58,252 bases of DNA from positions 1 through 58,252 of the forward strand of contig JBILDU010000006.1 in the NCBI GenBank assembly GCA_044352465.1, read 5' to 3'. A program made the translations under genes and the position numbers. This DNA is from Bdellovibrionota bacterium (lineage in GTDB: Bacteria; Bdellovibrionota_C; UBA2361). The notes below the pieces were generated by a model. The model made no database searches, was not told the DNA's origin, and was given only the letters and a program-made list of their open reading frames with translations. This document shows positions 1 to 9,304 of the stretch, piece after piece; the stretch's first letter is position 1; the number at the start of each line of letters is the position of its first letter.

Positions 1-34
1 CTTGAAGCGCCACTCGTGGATCCATATTCGTCAT
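1..34 (-). CDS. 5' end of cassette-associated gene (MTNMDPRVALQ...), truncated by window edge
   Basis: ATG at 34, 2 nt after the stop of the 46-aa ORF; N-terminus resembles 53466..53759 (MQEIGPRATLQ). Confidence 0.6.
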   Translation of the reverse strand, partial: MTNMDPRVALQ

Positions 35-36
35 AC

Positions 37-177
37 CTACATCTCCCCTATCGCAATCGCTAAAAGTTCGCGGACGACCTCAGCTTTCCTCTCTTCACTG
101 ACCTCTGGGTCAGAGAGAAATAGATCAAGCTTACGCTCGATCTCTTCAATCAGTTCCTCACTCGCTTTTTTCACCAT
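37..177 (-). CDS. 46-aa acidic cassette leader protein (MVKKASEELIEEIERKLDLFLSDPEVSEERKAEVVRELLAIAIGEM)
   Basis: Hand translation, not in ORF track; paralogs at 45592..45732 and 53762..53899 keep frame, length and the LDLFLxDPxVSEE motif. Confidence 0.75.
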   Translation of the reverse strand: MVKKASEELIEEIERKLDLFLSDPEVSEERKAEVVRELLAIAIGEM

Positions 178-464
178 CTGTTTTGGCCGAAGTAACAAAA
201 GATATTTTAGGTGTTATGAGGTCTTAGTCAGCGAAACTAGTCCTCACCTTTGCCCCATAAATCGAGGGGGCCGCGTTTTGAGGCAGCGATAGAGAGTTAA
301 AGGAGCTTTTAAGAAATAGTGGTGTGTGGACGAAGGTGTAGGAAGAGGCCCCCATAGTCCTTACTAAGACGACGGGGGCCGAACTCCTCGGGTGAACGGA
401 TTAACAGCGGATGATTTCCGAGTTCTTGAGGCGCGGCAAATCGGTTTCAGTGCCTAGGCCTCTC

Positions 465-600
465 TTAGGGCTGAGAGACTCCCAGTTTTTTAAGCGCCTC
501 CGCCGCCGCCTGACGAACATATTCATCCTTATCCTTCAGCGCCTCGCAGAGTGCCGGAACCGCGGGCTTCCCGATCGTTACAAGCGCCCATGCCGCCCTC
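465..600 (-). pseudogene. C-terminal fragment of a HEAT/PBS-lyase-repeat gene
   Basis: Minus-strand frame reads AAWALVTIGKPAVPALCEALKDKDEYVRQAAAEALKKLGVSQP*, matching the repeats of 44420..45589; no start. Confidence 0.8.
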
Positions 601-686
601 TCCCTCCCATTCGTTGCGAAAGTAGACCGCGCTGGCTACGCTCCTTCAGGTCGAAGTATGCCTGTCTAAAAAAGGGGGGATCAACA

Positions 687-989
687 CTATGCCGCAGCGG
701 TCTTAGCGGGCTCAATCTTTTTTAACACCGCATCGATCTCTCGCTCGGCAATCCTTAGGTCATACTCCTGTTGGAGGTTAAGCCACACTTTAGGACCTGT
801 TTTTAGGTACACGCCTAGCCGGAGCGCGGTATCGGGCGTAATCGCGCGTTTACCTTGAACGATACTATTAATCCGCCGCACATCGACTCCGATTGCAAGG
901 CTAAGTTTATTTTGGCTTATCCCCAGCGGCTCCATAAAGTCCTCAAGGAGGATAAACCCTGGATGAATCGGCTTTAATCGGCTGCCCAT
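687..989 (-). CDS. higA: HigA antitoxin (XRE HTH)
   Basis: PIHPGxIL, ISQxxL, RAITPDTALRL, WLNLQ motifs; directly downstream of higB. Confidence 0.92.
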   Translation of the reverse strand: MGSRLKPIHPGFILLEDFMEPLGISQNKLSLAIGVDVRRINSIVQGKRAITPDTALRLGVYLKTGPKVWLNLQQEYDLRIAEREIDAVLKKIEPAKTAAA

Positions 990-998
990 AAAATCCCT

Positions 999-1277
999 CT
1001 AGCGATAATCAACTATCTCGACCTCGTACGCCTCTCCGTCTTTCCACTTAAAACAGATTCGCCACTGCTGGTTAATCCGAATACTGTATCGCCCCTTTCT
1101 ATCACCTCTTAGCGCCTCAAGTCGGTGCCCTGGAAGGGCCCCAATCGCCTCCAGAGATTCCGCGGCATGGATATAGAGCAGTTTTTTCCTTGCTTGCCAC
1201 TCAACTGCGTGGAATTTCGGCACGCGCTTATCAAAAAACAATTTCTCGGTAGCATTACACCGAAATGACCGAATCAT
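999..1277 (-). CDS. higB: HigB (RelE-like) toxin
   Basis: MIRSF, PGHRLEALRGDRKGRYSIRINQQWRICFKW, EIVDY; toxin-first gene order. Confidence 0.92.
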   Translation of the reverse strand: MIRSFRCNATEKLFFDKRVPKFHAVEWQARKKLLYIHAAESLEAIGALPGHRLEALRGDRKGRYSIRINQQWRICFKWKDGEAYEVEIVDYR

Positions 1278-1400
1278 GTATGTATAGTATTATACGCTTA
1301 GCGTGGGACGCAATACCAAAAGAGGGGGCCGGAGCTCGCTGTTTATAGGCCCCTCGTCCATTATTTTTAAGGGGATAGGACTCCTGTATCGTCCCCTTTC

Positions 1401-1592
1401 GTGAGCATAAGTAAGGCCCTAAAAGACGAGATTATCCGGTCGAAGCAGACCCGCTACGCCATCGCGGTTGGTTCCGGGGTGGATCACGCGATCCTACGGC
1501 GATTTCTATCCGGTGAGCGCGATATAAAGCTTCACACCGCTGAGCGGTTGGCGGGGTATTTGGGGCTTCAGTTAAAGAAACGGGGAAAATGA
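1401..1592 (+). CDS. Small Cro/XRE-like HTH protein
   Basis: TRYAIAVGSGVDHAILRRFLSGER...TAERLAGYLGL HTH pattern. Confidence 0.7.
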   Translation: MSISKALKDEIIRSKQTRYAIAVGSGVDHAILRRFLSGERDIKLHTAERLAGYLGLQLKKRGK

Positions 1593-1697
1593 TAGAACGA
1601 GCATCTCGCCCGTAGGCATCATGGATGCCCTCTACGCGACCTCATTGTCTAGGGTGCACCACCACGAAAGTCCAATCTCCTGCGGTTTGTACCACAC

Positions 1698-2180
1698 TTA
1701 AACTGGGGGAAGTTTTAAGTCATCTCCCGATTCAAATAAAGCGGCGAAACTCTCAGGCCCCGACGCTAGCTTTCGTGTGCCGAAATCAAAAAATATGTGC
1801 TTCGTCTTTGCCTCCGCGATTACTTTCCCCGAGGTCTCGTTGGTTACATGATAGTAAAGCTCGAATCCCCGCCGAGAGGGAGGAGCCGCTAAGACACGAA
1901 CCTGAAGTTTATCCCCGTAAAAGCCCTCACCGTGATAATCGACCGAGGCATGTGTAATCATGTATCCCACTGAGCCCGACAGGCCAAGCTCTGTCATGTT
2001 ATTGCTCTTTAGCCAGCGCATCCGCGCCTCCTGTAGAATCGACAGGACGGAATCATATCCGAGGTGGTTCCCATAATTTAGATGATTCACCAAAACTGGA
2101 ACTGTAGTCGTAAAGAGCTCCCGCCGCTCCAAAGTACGCTCCTCATCCAGGCTTTCATCATTCGAGTTCTTATCGACCAT
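1698..2180 (-). CDS. Acyl-CoA thioesterase (hotdog fold, 4HBT/FadM-like)
   Basis: LNYGNHLGYD..LQEARMRWL, FYGDKL, FFDF motifs; start taken at MVDKNS. Confidence 0.85.
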   Translation of the reverse strand: MVDKNSNDESLDEERTLERRELFTTTVPVLVNHLNYGNHLGYDSVLSILQEARMRWLKSNNMTELGLSGSVGYMITHASVDYHGEGFYGDKLQVRVLAAPPSRRGFELYYHVTNETSGKVIAEAKTKHIFFDFGTRKLASGPESFAALFESGDDLKLPPV

Positions 2181-2457
2181 ACATCGCCCTGTGCTCCTCA
2201 ACTAACCAAGATTCGCTAGATATCGTTCCCCATAAGCGCAGTGAGCATCCCCCTGCCCTCGTTAATCCCACGCGGAAGATAGCAGCCAATCTCTACAAAG
2301 CCGTCAGAACCGGTAATAGAGATCAAATGTTGCCGAAACTCTGGGGGTGCCCCCATCTCAGCCTCCGAGTCAGGAATTTGATTTCTAGGGGGGCGGCGGA
2401 ATTACCCCAAAAACCGCTCGGGTGTTCGGCTCTGGCAAAAAACGGATCCTCGCCTCT

Positions 2458-3177
2458 CTACCTGCGGAGCTCCGGCACATACACCGCTGTATAGTGCAAG
2501 AGCATCTCGTTATGAATATTCGGAATAACATCGAAGTGTCGCCCCCCCATCGAGGACAACTCATTGAAATCGAAGTTTCCCGGCAATTTAATCCCTACAT
2601 TTGCAAAACGCAGAAGGCTATCGACGAGCAGGGGACGGGCATCTGGTTTAAACGAATCCAATCGAAACCGCTCACACTGAGCGTACTCCGAGCCTCCCCA
2701 CGGCGGATCTAAGAAAACCGAATCGGACTTAACTGTGCAGAGCGCCTCTTGAGCATCACCATGATGAAACGTGATTCGTTCAAGCACACCCGCTGATACT
2801 GCGTTTGCCCGTGCCATTTCCAACCGCTCACGATTAAGCTCAACGGCATACACTCTCTTTCCCGACAAGGCGAATGCGATAGCATTCCCGCCGATCCCAC
2901 AAAAGGCGTCGAGAACGGTATCGCCCGGCAGTAAACGAGCAATCTCCAGTGCGAGAGGCCGGACCGTTAGCGAATATAGACCCTCGACATCCATTTTCAT
3001 TGCCTGCTCTTCGGGAGACAGAAGTTGCCAGTACCTCTCGAGCTCCTCCCCAAATGGACAGGGTTGGCAACCGGACGTTGGCAACGAATTCTTCGCTAGA
3101 TTCTCGAAGACCTCACCTCTCGCCGCGTCGGGAACTTGATATCGTGGTTCCATCCAAGCACCGTCCGATACAATCAT
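2458..3177 (-). CDS. Tgs1-like (RNA cap guanine-N2) SAM-dependent methyltransferase, copy 2
   Basis: RYW..D.EGLYSLT, VLDAFCGIGGNAIAFA, VFLDPPWGG, KLPGN, colinear with eukaryotic Tgs1 motifs. Confidence 0.8.
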   Translation of the reverse strand: MIVSDGAWMEPRYQVPDAARGEVFENLAKNSLPTSGCQPCPFGEELERYWQLLSPEEQAMKMDVEGLYSLTVRPLALEIARLLPGDTVLDAFCGIGGNAIAFALSGKRVYAVELNRERLEMARANAVSAGVLERITFHHGDAQEALCTVKSDSVFLDPPWGGSEYAQCERFRLDSFKPDARPLLVDSLLRFANVGIKLPGNFDFNELSSMGGRHFDVIPNIHNEMLLHYTAVYVPELRR

Positions 3178-3216
3178 AAAAGCACGAATACTAGCTCGGA
3201 GTACTGATTCGTTCTC

Positions 3217-3912
3217 TCAACCAATACATTCATCCTTGGAAAGAAAGGCAGTAAAACCCAAACGCTTTCCCTCGAACAGATCCTCTTGAATTCGCACAGC
3301 AACATTGAGGGTTCCGAGCTCCTCAAGGGCAAAATTTTTCGGCAGTTTTATGGCCACTTCGCGGGCGAACAAGAGAGCTTGCTGCAACAACTCCCGTCCA
3401 TCGGGTGAAAAATCGCGTAGTGTGAAAGCACCCCGTTGCCAATAATCAGGCCCACCCCAGGGCGGATCTAAATACACAGCGTCAGCTGAGCATGTCTCGA
3501 GGACCTTTACCGCATCTCCGATATCGAATGAGATCAGGTGCGAGACACCAAAAAGATCAGCGTTGCGGGCAGCCAATGCTAGTCTCTCCGGATTCTTGTC
3601 AGAAGCAAGAACCCTCTTTCCTGCCTGGGCGAATGCAATGACGTTTCCGCCTGCGCCGCAGAATGGATCGAGAACCGTCTCTCCCCGGAGTTTCATGGCG
3701 ATATCCCTCGCAACAGACTGAATTGTGAGCGAATATAGCGCCTCCCGATCGAGACTCATCAGACGCTCTCTGGGGGAAAGCCTATCCCAGTACTTCTGAA
3801 GGTCGGCCCCAAAGGGGCATTCACTGAGCTCGGGGAGCTCCGTCCGGCCAAGAGTTGACCCCTGAGGCTCGGACAGAGAATCGCCTCCTCCAGATTTTCG
3901 ATCGTCCATCAT
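3217..3912 (-). CDS. Tgs1-like SAM-dependent methyltransferase, copy 1
   Basis: KYW...LDREALYSLT, VLDPFCGAGGNVIAFA, VYLDPPWGGPDY, SPDG, KLPKN. Confidence 0.82.
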   Translation of the reverse strand: MMDDRKSGGGDSLSEPQGSTLGRTELPELSECPFGADLQKYWDRLSPRERLMSLDREALYSLTIQSVARDIAMKLRGETVLDPFCGAGGNVIAFAQAGKRVLASDKNPERLALAARNADLFGVSHLISFDIGDAVKVLETCSADAVYLDPPWGGPDYWQRGAFTLRDFSPDGRELLQQALLFAREVAIKLPKNFALEELGTLNVAVRIQEDLFEGKRLGFTAFLSKDECIG

Positions 3913-3926
3913 ACCACAGTCCTTAT

Positions 3927-5417
3927 CTACTCATTGATAACACGTCGATGATTTCGAATAGCGAACGCTTGCCTGAAAATCTTCGAAAGACCGGGAGCCA
4001 CCATCACGCGGATGACTGCAGGCATCGGGGAATAAAAAATATCACGCTGAAACTGAACCGCATCAAAACTGTCAGGAGTTGAAGAAGAGCAGAAGAAGCG
4101 ATCGATCTCGTCTTCAACGTCCGGTGCCAGATATTGAAACACAATCACCTCATCACAGACCCAGATATCTCCCCTAAACACACTCGTACGCCCTAAGCTT
4201 CCTTCTATCTGTAACTCGCGGTAAAACCCTTTAACCCATCTATCGAGGGGCGACGTAGACTTGGAAATGTACCGAATTCGATCGAACCGCGTTGCGTAAC
4301 TAGCTACCCCGGTCTCTCGGTGTCGCCGAACAAATGGCCACCAGGGGTGTCGCAACTGCCACAACATCTCCCTACCTACCGCAAAGTCCACAATAATCTG
4401 ATCGAGCAACAGCGGCATAAAGCGGTCATATGCAGCTATCGTCGGAAAGTGGATTGCAGCACATAGAGGCGCATTCGAAACGTTCAGGGCACTCCGTCCT
4501 GTAACCTGCTCATCAGAAGGTGTGACTTCGGCAAGAGAACGAATCGCTGAGATGACTCCTAAGCGGGGCTGTAGCCAGAACGGGTTCACTAGGAATTGCC
4601 CGCTCCGCTCCTTGAGAATACCCTGCCCACACAAACGCCCTATGGCTGCTTGAAGTGCATCACGGCGAATAACTTGCTTCAAGTGACAGGTGAGGCGATG
4701 AGACACTTCATCGAAGGTTGCCGAAGGGAAAAGTGCTATTACATGCAGGGCTAAATCATCGATGCAGACAGTGCTCTGCTCAACTCCCCCACTCTCATCT
4801 GACATGGGGACACGCAGGCATTCAAAACTAAACTCAAGATCGCCCTGCGAAGTGGTAGGTTCGATAATCGCTCGTTCATCACCTCCCCGTACCCTTGCCT
4901 CAAACCGTTCGACCAGCGACAAAAGTATGTCGTCTGCAACATCGCGGCCATTCCAGAGCACACGAATAAGTTGCGGTGCCAGGAAAGCAGGATTAACAGC
5001 TACAGAGGTCGGAAGATCGCGCTTGCCCTCAGTATTCCTACGAATAAAAGCGCGCTTTGCTAGGGGAATCCCCTCCGAATCAATTCCGAAGATATCCCGC
5101 AGCCAATTCGGCTGCTTCGAAATCGCATAATCCAATGAAGCCGCAAGGCTCCCGTTACGACCCGAAATACCCGCCACGCCGAACCAATTCCCTTCAGCAA
5201 TCGCATGGCTCTTTGCGACCTTAGCTTTTAAAATTGCGGTCGCGAATGCAATCACCGCTGTGGTCCATTGAAACGTCCCAAGCCCCGGAGATGCAAGAGA
5301 AAGCTTCCCTCGGACACAACGCAGTTCCCGCTTGTAAATGGGGCAGACGAATCGAGTAGATTCAAGCTCCGGCTCAGATTCCCCGGCGAATTCAAGAATG
5401 AGGCGATAATCAGGCAT
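3927..5417 (-). CDS. Novel 'LDYA' domain + winged HTH + TrmB-like C-terminal domain (copy A)
   Basis: N-terminal GTFQWTTAV/GSLAASLDYAISKQPNWLRDIFG; central wHTH-like segment; C-terminal RHPWWPF..LDRWV..DIWV shared with 9305..10411. Confidence 0.75.
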   Translation of the reverse strand: MPDYRLILEFAGESEPELESTRFVCPIYKRELRCVRGKLSLASPGLGTFQWTTAVIAFATAILKAKVAKSHAIAEGNWFGVAGISGRNGSLAASLDYAISKQPNWLRDIFGIDSEGIPLAKRAFIRRNTEGKRDLPTSVAVNPAFLAPQLIRVLWNGRDVADDILLSLVERFEARVRGGDERAIIEPTTSQGDLEFSFECLRVPMSDESGGVEQSTVCIDDLALHVIALFPSATFDEVSHRLTCHLKQVIRRDALQAAIGRLCGQGILKERSGQFLVNPFWLQPRLGVISAIRSLAEVTPSDEQVTGRSALNVSNAPLCAAIHFPTIAAYDRFMPLLLDQIIVDFAVGREMLWQLRHPWWPFVRRHRETGVASYATRFDRIRYISKSTSPLDRWVKGFYRELQIEGSLGRTSVFRGDIWVCDEVIVFQYLAPDVEDEIDRFFCSSSTPDSFDAVQFQRDIFYSPMPAVIRVMVAPGLSKIFRQAFAIRNHRRVINE

Positions 5418-5424
5418 GCCTACA

Positions 5425-6186
5425 CTAAACTGTCGACTTTGGAAAAACAGGTAACAAGACGTTGGCGAGAGTATCTCTACTGTCGCCGCGGCGACAGAAA
5501 AATACAGCGTACGGGGGCACTACTAGTTCATCAAACCACACCTGGCTATCGCTCACACTTGCCGTTGGTCGCTCCACTCTCTCGATGTCGAAGCCCGTTA
5601 CTATGGCGAGTTCTCGGTAATCGGATTCCTTCCAAAAAAAGTCATCAACAACGATGCCTTGTCCGATCAACCCAGTCCTGACAGGGGCTCCAGAGGTAAG
5701 CTCACCGACATTCTCCGGAAAATCGACGTCATTTGACACCCATCGACCACGATAGAATTCAGCGGTATTTACAATGAAGACAAAGACTCCCCCATCTCGA
5801 AGCAACCGAAACGCCTCAGTGAAGATCGATTGCATTTGAAGCTGAGTAGAAATCTCGACGAGCATCCAACTTGAGAAAACAAGGTCGAAAGTACCACTAT
5901 CCAATCGGAGTTGCTGGGCATCAGCTGTAATAACCCTCGCATCGCGAACGCGTTCGCGTGCGCGTTCACACATGAATGGATTTTTATCAACAGCTGTAAC
6001 AGAGAAACCGAGATCCTCGAGGAACGCCGATGACCGACCAGCACCACACCCCAGGTCCAAGGCCTTTGATATGCCTGGGTGCGCTCGCAGGATTTTGGAA
6101 AGAAGCTCAAAAGGGATCGTGTCTGTGCCGCTCATGTTGCGGCTGCTGTATCCCTCAGCGTAGGACGCACTTCTATCGATTTGCAT
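5425..6186 (-). CDS. Class I SAM-dependent methyltransferase
   Basis: ALDLGCGAG, VTAVD, FDLV, LLRDGG motifs; stop lies 7 nt before the start of copy A. Confidence 0.88.
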   Translation of the reverse strand: MQIDRSASYAEGYSSRNMSGTDTIPFELLSKILRAHPGISKALDLGCGAGRSSAFLEDLGFSVTAVDKNPFMCERARERVRDARVITADAQQLRLDSGTFDLVFSSWMLVEISTQLQMQSIFTEAFRLLRDGGVFVFIVNTAEFYRGRWVSNDVDFPENVGELTSGAPVRTGLIGQGIVVDDFFWKESDYRELAIVTGFDIERVERPTASVSDSQVWFDELVVPPYAVFFCRRGDSRDTLANVLLPVFPKSTV

Positions 6187-6357
6187 GATGAAAAAAGTCC
6201 ATCTCGACGAGGGAGGGTGACATAGAGGTCACCCCTAGTCAAAGCAAAACACTGCTTACGTCGGCAAGGGGATTACCTCAATTCAAATGTATGGGTCACG
6301 CGGCTTACAAGAACGAAGTATTTTAGTGGCTTAGCTGGGAAGTGCAAGAACGCCCCG

Positions 6358-6389
6358 TCTGAAGGCAAGTCTGAAGCGTGAGCTTCAGA
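6358..6389. promoter_or_regulatory. Candidate operator: TCTGAAGG direct repeat plus TCTGAAGC-N4-GCTTCAGA palindrome
   Basis: Perfect 8-bp inverted repeat at 6370-6389 in the divergent intergenic region. Confidence 0.4.
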
Positions 6390-6507
6390 AGCGACGTCTA
6401 GTCGAGAAGTATCGCGATCGAAAACGCGCTACGAACAGGGCGTGGAGCGAGAGCCCAACCGGTACTCAATCCTAATTCCTCGGACACTTTTTTCATCGGA
6501 GGCATAC

Positions 6508-7077
6508 ATGACCCACGAAATGCTGCTCGAGTTTCATGGAATAACCCCTGAACTTACAAAGACACTCTTTCGGGAGGTGGGGGGTACGGTAAAGACCGCT
6601 GTCCGGGGTAAGACCAGCGGCGCCTTGGAGGGAGCTGGCACCTTTCAATGGACCACAGCGGTAAAGGCGCTAAGCCTCCTCGCTGTAAAAGCGGTGCTCA
6701 CCGAAAGGCACAGCACCTCTCCCACCGACGCCGCTCTTTTAGGGGGGGCAGGAAGTCTTGCCGCAACGCTCGACTACGCGGTGAGTAAGGAGCCTGCATG
6801 GAGCATTGATATGTTTGGAGTAGACACCCAAGGGCGATCGCTCATAAGAAGGCTCATTAAAAGAACCAACACCGAGCGAAAGTACCCAGGACCTGTAACG
6901 GTTTCGCTTAATACCCGCGCCATCTCCCCCACTTCGATCTCGATCTGGTGGGACGGCAAGCGAGTTGAAGACGAGATAGCGCTTCGCACCCTTGAGCGGG
7001 AACTCCTTCAGCAAACTGGGAGTGCTCACTCAAGCGAGTCCCCAGAGGACTTCTTTCGAAAATCGAAAGCAGCATAA
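6508..7077 (+). CDS. Stand-alone novel 'LDYA' domain protein (copy B)
   Basis: GGAGG RBS before ATG 6508; near-identical to 11383..11955. Confidence 0.85.
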   Translation: MTHEMLLEFHGITPELTKTLFREVGGTVKTAVRGKTSGALEGAGTFQWTTAVKALSLLAVKAVLTERHSTSPTDAALLGGAGSLAATLDYAVSKEPAWSIDMFGVDTQGRSLIRRLIKRTNTERKYPGPVTVSLNTRAISPTSISIWWDGKRVEDEIALRTLERELLQQTGSAHSSESPEDFFRKSKAA

Positions 7078-7738
7078 ATCACAAGGGCCTACGGGCGCCT
7101 TAAACCTTTTGTTGAGAAGCTCCTCTAACCCGCTATAGTTGAGCCACTTTAAGTCTTTCTCGAGGGGGCCTCGCGTGGCTTCCGAGCATAATCAAGATTC
7201 ATTTTCGTATGAGCGTAACTGCACCTCTGTCGCAAGTCAGCATGTCGCTGGGACCGAGGCCGCTCATGTCGCCACACTGAGGCGGTCTCGATAAATCTAC
7301 GAGGCCTCGAGCTTTTGGTAACACCGGGTGTTTTTAATCTAGCTCTCTCGCACATCTGAGACCTTCTAGCTCAATACGTGCACGAACGACTGACCCCGGA
7401 TACCCGTGTACTCGATATGAGGAAGGGCTCTGGACTTCAAACCCTCTGGGCCGCCCTTGCGGCGGCAGCCCAAGACTTTGGCCATACGATGAAAGTGGTC
7501 TCCTCACGGAGGGAAAAAAGGAGTCGGCCACTACGTTATTGAGCTCCACGCCTAAAACTTGCCGAAGAGCGATGAACCACGGTACCTACAGAGCTAACTC
7601 TGAAAACAGTGGGGAGCTATTCCCAACCGTCAGAAGTTTTCGCCTGTTTTACCGAATAGACCTGCCGAGGGTCCTCGCCGCAAGGGCAGCTCGGTGAATC
7701 GTAGGTAGATCTATTACAGATTCCGAAAGGAGGAACTC

Positions 7739-8965
7739 ATGAGTGAGGAAAACTCTTCGCCACACCGCCAGCCGATGCTGAACGTTGCGGCTGTACTGGC
7801 TGGGGTGCCCCTGTGTGTACCGGGGCTCCTGGTTGGAGCAGCTCTGATTCAGAACCTCTCCTTGTTTGAGGGGCTTCTGGCGGCGATGGTCGGATGCGTA
7901 GCGCTCACTATCTACGCGGGATTGACGGGTTCTCTTGGAGCATCGACGGGGCTCACAACCTCGCAGCTTCTCCAAGCACCCTTTGGAGCGGTCGGACGTA
8001 AGATCGTTTCAGGGGCAATCGGCGTCTGTCTTGCCGGATGGTATGCGGTTCAGACAGGAATGTTTGGGCAGACGGTCAATACTCTTTTTCCAAACGGCGG
8101 GATTCTGACGTCGGTTGAGGGAGCCTCGCTCTGGGGAGGACTGCTGATGCTCACTTCGGCACTCTTTGGCATGCGGGGGCTAGCCAAACTGAGCGTCATC
8201 GCGGTACCGGCGATCGTCGTTCTTACACTTTGGGCTCTCGTGCAGCTACCCACATCACCGGAGCTTTGGGCCTCAAAACCCTCAGTTCCGGGTGCATTCG
8301 GTTCTGCGGTGTCAATGGTAATTGGTTCGTTTGCAATCGGAGCAACGATCAATCCAGATATCACGCGTTTCTGCAGAAACACTACTCACTCATGGCTAGT
8401 GACCCTAATCGGGTTCTTCGTCGTGAGTATGTACATCTTCTGTTGCGGCGCAATTACGGCGAAAGCAACGGGGGGTGGAGACCTTATTGCGGCGATGCTC
8501 AACCTTGGGCTGGGGGCTTTCGCCTTCATGACGCTCGTGTTGAGTCAGTGGACGACAAATGACAACAACATCTTCTACGCCTCAGAGAGCCTTAGCAGCG
8601 TATTTCCCAAAATGAGACGAGCCCATCTCGTTCTTGTTTTTGGTGGCGTTGCTACGCTTGCTGGTGTGCTAGGGATCGCGAACTCATTCCCGTCGTTCTT
8701 GCTGTTGCTTGGCGTTACTATTCCACCAGTCGGAGGAGTTATGCTCGCTCACTACGCAATCGCACGTCGTAGAGGTGTATCCAGCACCGCCGCGGTGTCT
8801 CTCCCTGTTCCCGCTTTTGCCGGGTTGATCCTCGGAGCCGTCGCAGGGAAATTCATTGCTATGGGCATCCCCGCTATCAATGGAATGATCGCTGCGGCGA
8901 TCGTCTACGTGGCGACCCGCCCTATCTTCAACGGCCACTACGCCCACACTCCGCTCTCGGAGTAG
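7739..8965 (+). CDS. codB: NCS1-family cytosine/purine permease (CodB-like)
   Basis: ~12 TM segments; GWYAVQT, PDITRF, QWTTNDNNIF, IPPVGGV motifs; AGGAGG RBS. Confidence 0.8.
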   Translation: MSEENSSPHRQPMLNVAAVLAGVPLCVPGLLVGAALIQNLSLFEGLLAAMVGCVALTIYAGLTGSLGASTGLTTSQLLQAPFGAVGRKIVSGAIGVCLAGWYAVQTGMFGQTVNTLFPNGGILTSVEGASLWGGLLMLTSALFGMRGLAKLSVIAVPAIVVLTLWALVQLPTSPELWASKPSVPGAFGSAVSMVIGSFAIGATINPDITRFCRNTTHSWLVTLIGFFVVSMYIFCCGAITAKATGGGDLIAAMLNLGLGAFAFMTLVLSQWTTNDNNIFYASESLSSVFPKMRRAHLVLVFGGVATLAGVLGIANSFPSFLLLLGVTIPPVGGVMLAHYAIARRRGVSSTAAVSLPVPAFAGLILGAVAGKFIAMGIPAINGMIAAAIVYVATRPIFNGHYAHTPLSE

Positions 8966-9304
8966 AGTTTAGCTGAGCGGTTTGCGGGGTATTTGGGGCT
9001 AAAGAAAGGGGGGCGGTGATAAAGTGAGCGTCTCGCGCTCCGGTCAATGAGTCGTGGAAGAAGGTACACTCCGGCTATCCAGAGTCCCATGCAAGGCAAT
9101 GCTAACAGGCCCGTAGTGCGACCGAATGAGCATTCTAAGGCATACAAATATGCACTCTGACGAGGGCCGTGCTGTAGTATACCTCGACCGGGCAGCCATC
9201 AATTTCGAATTTAATTCCGGAAGAGGGTCACGCGGCCCACTGCTAGAGACTTGAGGGGAGAACTGACTGTCTGTCCAATTAGAACCCAGGAATCAGGTGA
9301 GATT

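Larger units (their letters stand above)
1..498. repeat. ~500-bp dispersed repeat, copy of 53726..54226
   Basis: Long near-identical stretch, e.g. ggccgaagtaacaaaagatattttaggtgttatgaggtcttagtcagcgaaa...gaactcctcgggtgaacggattaa, at both sites. Confidence 0.95.

Noticed and set aside
411..725. 104-aa plus-strand ORF (and 2..292)
   Set aside because: Antisense shadows of the HEAT fragment and the cassette leader on the minus strand
7080..7738. Riboswitch or ncRNA upstream of the permease
   Set aside because: Long intergenic region, but no purine, SAM or TPP consensus recognisable by eye; needs an Rfam scan
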